From positions 1 through 39,969 of IMG/VR virus record IMGVR_UViG_3300003375_000057: DNA of 39,969 nucleotides; one strand, 5' to 3'. Source of the DNA: a virus. Taxonomy: Duplodnaviria > Caudoviricetes. A program made the position numbers and the translations under genes. Numbering within the stretch: position 1 is the first letter of the stretch; each line of letters begins with the position of its first letter. Positions 36,146 through 39,969 of the stretch are shown here, piece after piece. The notes under the pieces are model-generated. The model worked only from the letters and a program-made list of their open reading frames with translations. It was not told the origin of the DNA and ran no database searches.

Positions 36146-36962
36146 AGGATTTGTTGTTTTTGCTCAGAATACTTCTACAGTTGATTATATAAGACAGGCT
36201 TATGCGTTGGCTTTAAGTATTCGATTATCACAATCTTCTGTTACGAATATTTCATTAATTACTAATGATCGAGTACCTGAAGAATATATCTCAGCATTTG
36301 ATAAAATTATTCCTATACCGTTTGTTTATTCAGAATCTAGTGGTCCATACCAAACAGAAAATCGTTGGAAAGTCTATTATGCCACTCCATATGATGAAAC
36401 AATAGTATTAGATACTGATATGTTATTATTAGAAGATATAAATGGCTGGTGGAATTACTGTAAAAATTATAATATTAAATTTACTAATCGAATCCGTAAT
36501 TTTAAAATGGAACCTGTAGTAGATATTGTTAATCGACAAGCATTTATAAGCAATAATTTAACCAGTCCTTACTGTGCATTATACTACTTTAAAAAGAGTG
36601 AATATAGTTATGAATTTTTTAAAATTTTAGAGTTTGTAACAAACAACTGGGAATGGTGTTGGACTAAATTTGCTCCTAATAGTTATCAAAATTGGATCAG
36701 CATGGATTTAGCAGTTGCTATTACGATAGAAATCATGTCTGCTCATGAAGAAGTTTTAGATGTAAATAATCCTATGGAATTTGTTCACATGAAATTGCCT
36801 CATGGAGGTAGTTGGCAATCTAATGTTTTAAGTAATTTTAATGGCAATTTAACTGTAGGTAATATGCGGCAGACGAAACTATTTCATTATGTAGAAAAAG
36901 ATTTTTTAACAAATGAGATTGTTAATAAATTAGAGGAGTTAACGCATGTCCAGACGAGGTAA
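36138..36962 (+). CDS. Putative glycosyltransferase (GT-A fold), paralogue of the upstream gene
   Basis: KGFVVFA, ISLITND, FDKII and YYATPYDETIVLDTDML (DxD); FHYVEK. GGAGG at 36128-36132 favours the GTG start at 36138 over the ATG at 36126. Confidence 0.65.
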   Translation: MSKGFVVFAQNTSTVDYIRQAYALALSIRLSQSSVTNISLITNDRVPEEYISAFDKIIPIPFVYSESSGPYQTENRWKVYYATPYDETIVLDTDMLLLEDINGWWNYCKNYNIKFTNRIRNFKMEPVVDIVNRQAFISNNLTSPYCALYYFKKSEYSYEFFKILEFVTNNWEWCWTKFAPNSYQNWISMDLAVAITIEIMSAHEEVLDVNNPMEFVHMKLPHGGSWQSNVLSNFNGNLTVGNMRQTKLFHYVEKDFLTNEIVNKLEELTHVQTR

Positions 36963-37578
36963 AAAATTAAAACAAATAGATGAACAAATTATCGTAGAAC
37001 CAAAATTTTATGTTCACTATTTACAGGATGGCACAATTATTTCGTCTAATAATCATAGAGATGAGAAATATGAATTAGCTGTAGAAATAACATATGACCA
37101 ACATCATAGATTAGTTACAGGTTTAGATAAATTTCTAGATTTCCGTGTAAGTACAGTAATAGATGAAAATGGAAATCCAGTTCCAGGGCTTGTGCCTATA
37201 AGGGTAATTGAAGAGCATAATTTTAAAAATCGTTTGTTGAAATGGATAGATAATAAAGATACCGACAATGCAGAAATAGAAATACACAGAGATGAATATA
37301 ACAAGCAATGGCTATTTCTTGCATCCGATGACTTTAGAAAAAAATATTATGAAAATAAATTACCAATAGCTGATTTATTAATATTTGTTACATTAGGAAA
37401 CGATCCAGATTTTTTAATTAGAACATTCAAAATGGAACTTAAAAAAATAGTTTTAGATAAATTAATTTTTCCGTATGAAACAAAATGGGAAGAAAATATA
37501 AATGAAATAGCCTTAACAACAAATCTAGCCAGCATTAAATATGCATTAAAAGTTTGGAGAACACGTGAACAATATTAA
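36946..37578 (+). CDS. Hypothetical protein (210 aa)
   Basis: GAGGAG RBS; overlaps both neighbours in an operon-like fashion. Confidence 0.75.
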   Translation: MSRRGKKLKQIDEQIIVEPKFYVHYLQDGTIISSNNHRDEKYELAVEITYDQHHRLVTGLDKFLDFRVSTVIDENGNPVPGLVPIRVIEEHNFKNRLLKWIDNKDTDNAEIEIHRDEYNKQWLFLASDDFRKKYYENKLPIADLLIFVTLGNDPDFLIRTFKMELKKIVLDKLIFPYETKWEENINEIALTTNLASIKYALKVWRTREQY

Positions 37579-38461
37579 AGTAATTGAACAAGATATAATT
37601 TTTCTCAGTTATGATGAACCCAACGCTGAGAAAAATTACGCAGATTTGTTGACAAAAGTACCATGGGCTAAACGAGTACACGGAGTTAAAGGATCGGACG
37701 CAGCCCACAAAGCCTGTGCCGCTAAATGTGAAACTGAATACTTTGTTACAGTAGACGGTGACAATATTATTGATCCTGCATTTTTAGAAGTAGAAATTGA
37801 TTTAGATGCATTAAAAGTTACTAAAGATTATGTGTTCAGCTGGTGTGGTAAAGTTCACGTTAATCATTTAATGTATGGTAACGGTGGTTTGAAAATGTGG
37901 ACACCTAAATTTGTTAATAACATGCGCACACATGAAAATTCAGATCCTAACGATAAAAAAGGTCTGGTTGAATTTTGTTTTGATAACAAGTACTATCAGT
38001 TTAATGAAAATTATAGTGAAAGTTTTACAAATGCTAGTCCGTTCCAAGCGTGGAGAGCAGGATTCCGCGAAGGTGTTAAAATGAGTTTAGACCAAGGAGC
38101 TCGAGTAAAAGATGTTAAAACTGTATGGTGGCAAAATTATCATCGGTTATTAACTTGGTGCAATATTGGTGCAGATGTTGAGAATGGATTATGGAGCATA
38201 TATGGTGCTAGGGAAGGTGCATACTTAACCAACTGTACAGATTGGGACTATGCAAATGTTCGTGACTTTGATTGGCTAACAGATCAATGGGAAACAACAT
38301 ACAGTAAAGTTTCAAACGATATGCTACGGCATGAAATATCTGGGTTAGGAGAAACGCTGAAACATGAATGTGGTTTAGAATTGTTTGATCCTTGTAAAGA
38401 ATCTAGCAAATATTTTAAAACTGTGTTTAACAATAGCCCAAGAATAATTAGGAAAAGATAA
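37565..38461 (+). CDS. Putative GT-A-like glycosyltransferase (DxxFxSYxEP family)
   Basis: DIIFLSYDEP, VHGVKGSDAAHKACA and TEYFVTVDGD (DxD), followed by YGNGGLK and AWRAGFREGVK; GGAG RBS before a GTG start. Confidence 0.6.
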   Translation: MNNIKVIEQDIIFLSYDEPNAEKNYADLLTKVPWAKRVHGVKGSDAAHKACAAKCETEYFVTVDGDNIIDPAFLEVEIDLDALKVTKDYVFSWCGKVHVNHLMYGNGGLKMWTPKFVNNMRTHENSDPNDKKGLVEFCFDNKYYQFNENYSESFTNASPFQAWRAGFREGVKMSLDQGARVKDVKTVWWQNYHRLLTWCNIGADVENGLWSIYGAREGAYLTNCTDWDYANVRDFDWLTDQWETTYSKVSNDMLRHEISGLGETLKHECGLELFDPCKESSKYFKTVFNNSPRIIRKR

Positions 38462-39447
38462 TGTACGATATTGTTTTTATAAGTTATAATGAACCTTTGG
38501 CTACTAGTAAGTATATTGATTTACTTACACAGTTTCCTTATCGTAGAATTATAAGAGTAAGTGATGTAAAAGGAATTCGAGAAGCACACTTGAAAGCTGC
38601 TAAACAAGTTACAACTAGTATGTTTTATGTTGTAGATGCTGATGCAAAGATACTTCCTAGTTTTAAGTTTGATGTAAAACTGCTACCTGAAGAAGAAGAT
38701 ATTGTGCATGTATGGCGTAGCATAAATCCAGTAAACGGATTAGAATACGGATATGGTGCAGTAAAGTTATTGCCTACACAGTTGACATTGAATATGGATT
38801 TTACCAACCCAGATATGACTACAAGTATCAGTAAACGATTTAAAGTTATGCCTGAGTTAAGTAATGTAACACAGTTTAATACAGACCCGTTAAGCACATG
38901 GCGTAGTGCATTTAGAGAGTGTGTTAAACTGTCTAGCCGGCTAATTGCAGGACAAGTTAATACTGAAACAGAAACAAGATTAGATGCGTGGTTATATATC
39001 GGCGGAGAAGAACCGTTTGGTGAATACAGCAAAGCAGGTGCTAGTGCAGGCAAGTGGTATGGCACAACATATCAAAATGATTTAGAGGCATTATCTAAGA
39101 TAAATGATTACGATTGGTTAGAAACACAATTCAAAGAACATGTAAACCTATTTGATCCTAGTTTTTTTAAAGCACGGACTAAAGAAAAAATCACAGAAGA
39201 CGATAGAGTAAACTGGTGGAGAGATAGTTTTAGAGAAGCTGCCACTACTACAGATGCAGATCGATTGCATGAATTAACTCATGCTGGAATTAACGAATAT
39301 ACTAGAAGTGGTGCTAGTGCAGGCAAATGGTGGGGAGAAACATATCGAAATGATTCAGATAAAATGAATCAAATACTAGATGATGAATTCTTAAAAGGAG
39401 AATTCTACTGGCATACCGAACAATATCCAGTAGAAAATTTTAAATGA
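38461..39447 (+). CDS. Putative GT-A-like glycosyltransferase, paralogue with a duplicated C-terminal module
   Basis: DIVFISYNEP, VKGIREAHLKAA, FYVVDAD (DxD), YGYGAVKL and WRSAFRE; TAATG coupling to the upstream gene. Confidence 0.6.
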   Translation: MYDIVFISYNEPLATSKYIDLLTQFPYRRIIRVSDVKGIREAHLKAAKQVTTSMFYVVDADAKILPSFKFDVKLLPEEEDIVHVWRSINPVNGLEYGYGAVKLLPTQLTLNMDFTNPDMTTSISKRFKVMPELSNVTQFNTDPLSTWRSAFRECVKLSSRLIAGQVNTETETRLDAWLYIGGEEPFGEYSKAGASAGKWYGTTYQNDLEALSKINDYDWLETQFKEHVNLFDPSFFKARTKEKITEDDRVNWWRDSFREAATTTDADRLHELTHAGINEYTRSGASAGKWWGETYRNDSDKMNQILDDEFLKGEFYWHTEQYPVENFK

Positions 39448-39969
39448 GATCTGTAGTCATTGGGAAGATATTAGCGATAACTTTTGCACAAGCGATTGCA
39501 ACTTCCTGATGCTCTTTTTGTGTACCATTAGCGCTACGCAATTCAATAAAATGAATCCAACTGCGCAATGTACCATTCATATATAAACGACTTTCGATAA
39601 GTCCTTCTGGCAATACAGCACGAGCTTGTTCTTTAGCAATACCATTAATAATAGCCCATTCGTATGCTTCTCTAGCTTTAGTAATTAGGCTATTCTGTAT
39701 ATTTTCCCAACCAGCTGCAAGGAATCGATCAGCATCGTTATTAAGATCTAACTCTATACTGTTCTGTCTATTTTTGGTATCTTGTCTGCGAGCATCTCTA
39801 AGTACAAAGCTGAGATCCTTTGTTGGGTCAGCATAACGCTGGCTGAACTCTTGAAAACTGAAGCTTCTATGTCTAAGGATTTGTCTTGCGATATCTCTTG
39901 TAGTAGTAATCTCGATGCAGGCGGACACCATTTCGAGAGGACTCCAATGTTGGTGCTTAATAAGATATC
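39440..39969 (-). CDS. thyX: FAD-dependent thymidylate synthase ThyX (N-terminus beyond the window)
   Basis: RQILRHRSFSFQEFSQRY signature, GIAKEQARAVLP, LRSWIHFIELR and QKEHQ. The frame stays open upstream (YLIKHQHWSPLEM) to the window edge. Confidence 0.95.
   Translation of the reverse strand, partial: YLIKHQHWSPLEMVSACIEITTTRDIARQILRHRSFSFQEFSQRYADPTKDLSFVLRDARRQDTKNRQNSIELDLNNDADRFLAAGWENIQNSLITKAREAYEWAIINGIAKEQARAVLPEGLIESRLYMNGTLRSWIHFIELRSANGTQKEHQEVAIACAKVIANIFPMTTDLI

Noticed and set aside
953-39065. Other short ORFs in the track nested in or antisense to the main genes (e.g. 4956-5270, 23608-24000, 38625-39065)
   Set aside because: They overlap well-supported genes and show no recognisable motifs; consistent with codon-bias shadows.
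930-39447. Alternative genetic code (no called gene ends in TAG)
   Set aside because: Genes tile densely in the standard code, including a 5202-codon ORF with no in-frame TAG or TGA. TAA preference fits the AT richness, so there is no positive evidence for recoding.

Overview
AT-rich window from a large (jumbo-type) myovirus with T4-like tail architecture. From left to right it holds: a T4 gp55-like late sigma factor (- strand); a ~34 kb + strand baseplate/tail module (tube-initiator-like protein, gp53-, hub-, gp5-, gp25- and gp6-like proteins, a 5202-aa multidomain structural protein, three paralogous fibre-like proteins and two tandem paralogues); a six-gene cluster with four GT-A/DxD glycosyltransferase-like genes behind a sigma70-type promoter; and a convergent thyX truncated by the window. 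The most interesting signals are: (i) an apparently bipartite late promoter (AAACTA-N18-20-TAAATA), alongside a gp55 that carries a large insertion; (ii) a near-consensus sigma70 promoter for gp55 lying on the opposite strand of the first late promoter, a possible autoregulatory switch; (iii) a candidate virion-glycosylation cassette next to very Ser/Thr-rich tail proteins; (iv) signs of gene conversion and domain shuffling among the tail genes. All protein calls come from motifs recognised by eye; no database searches were run.
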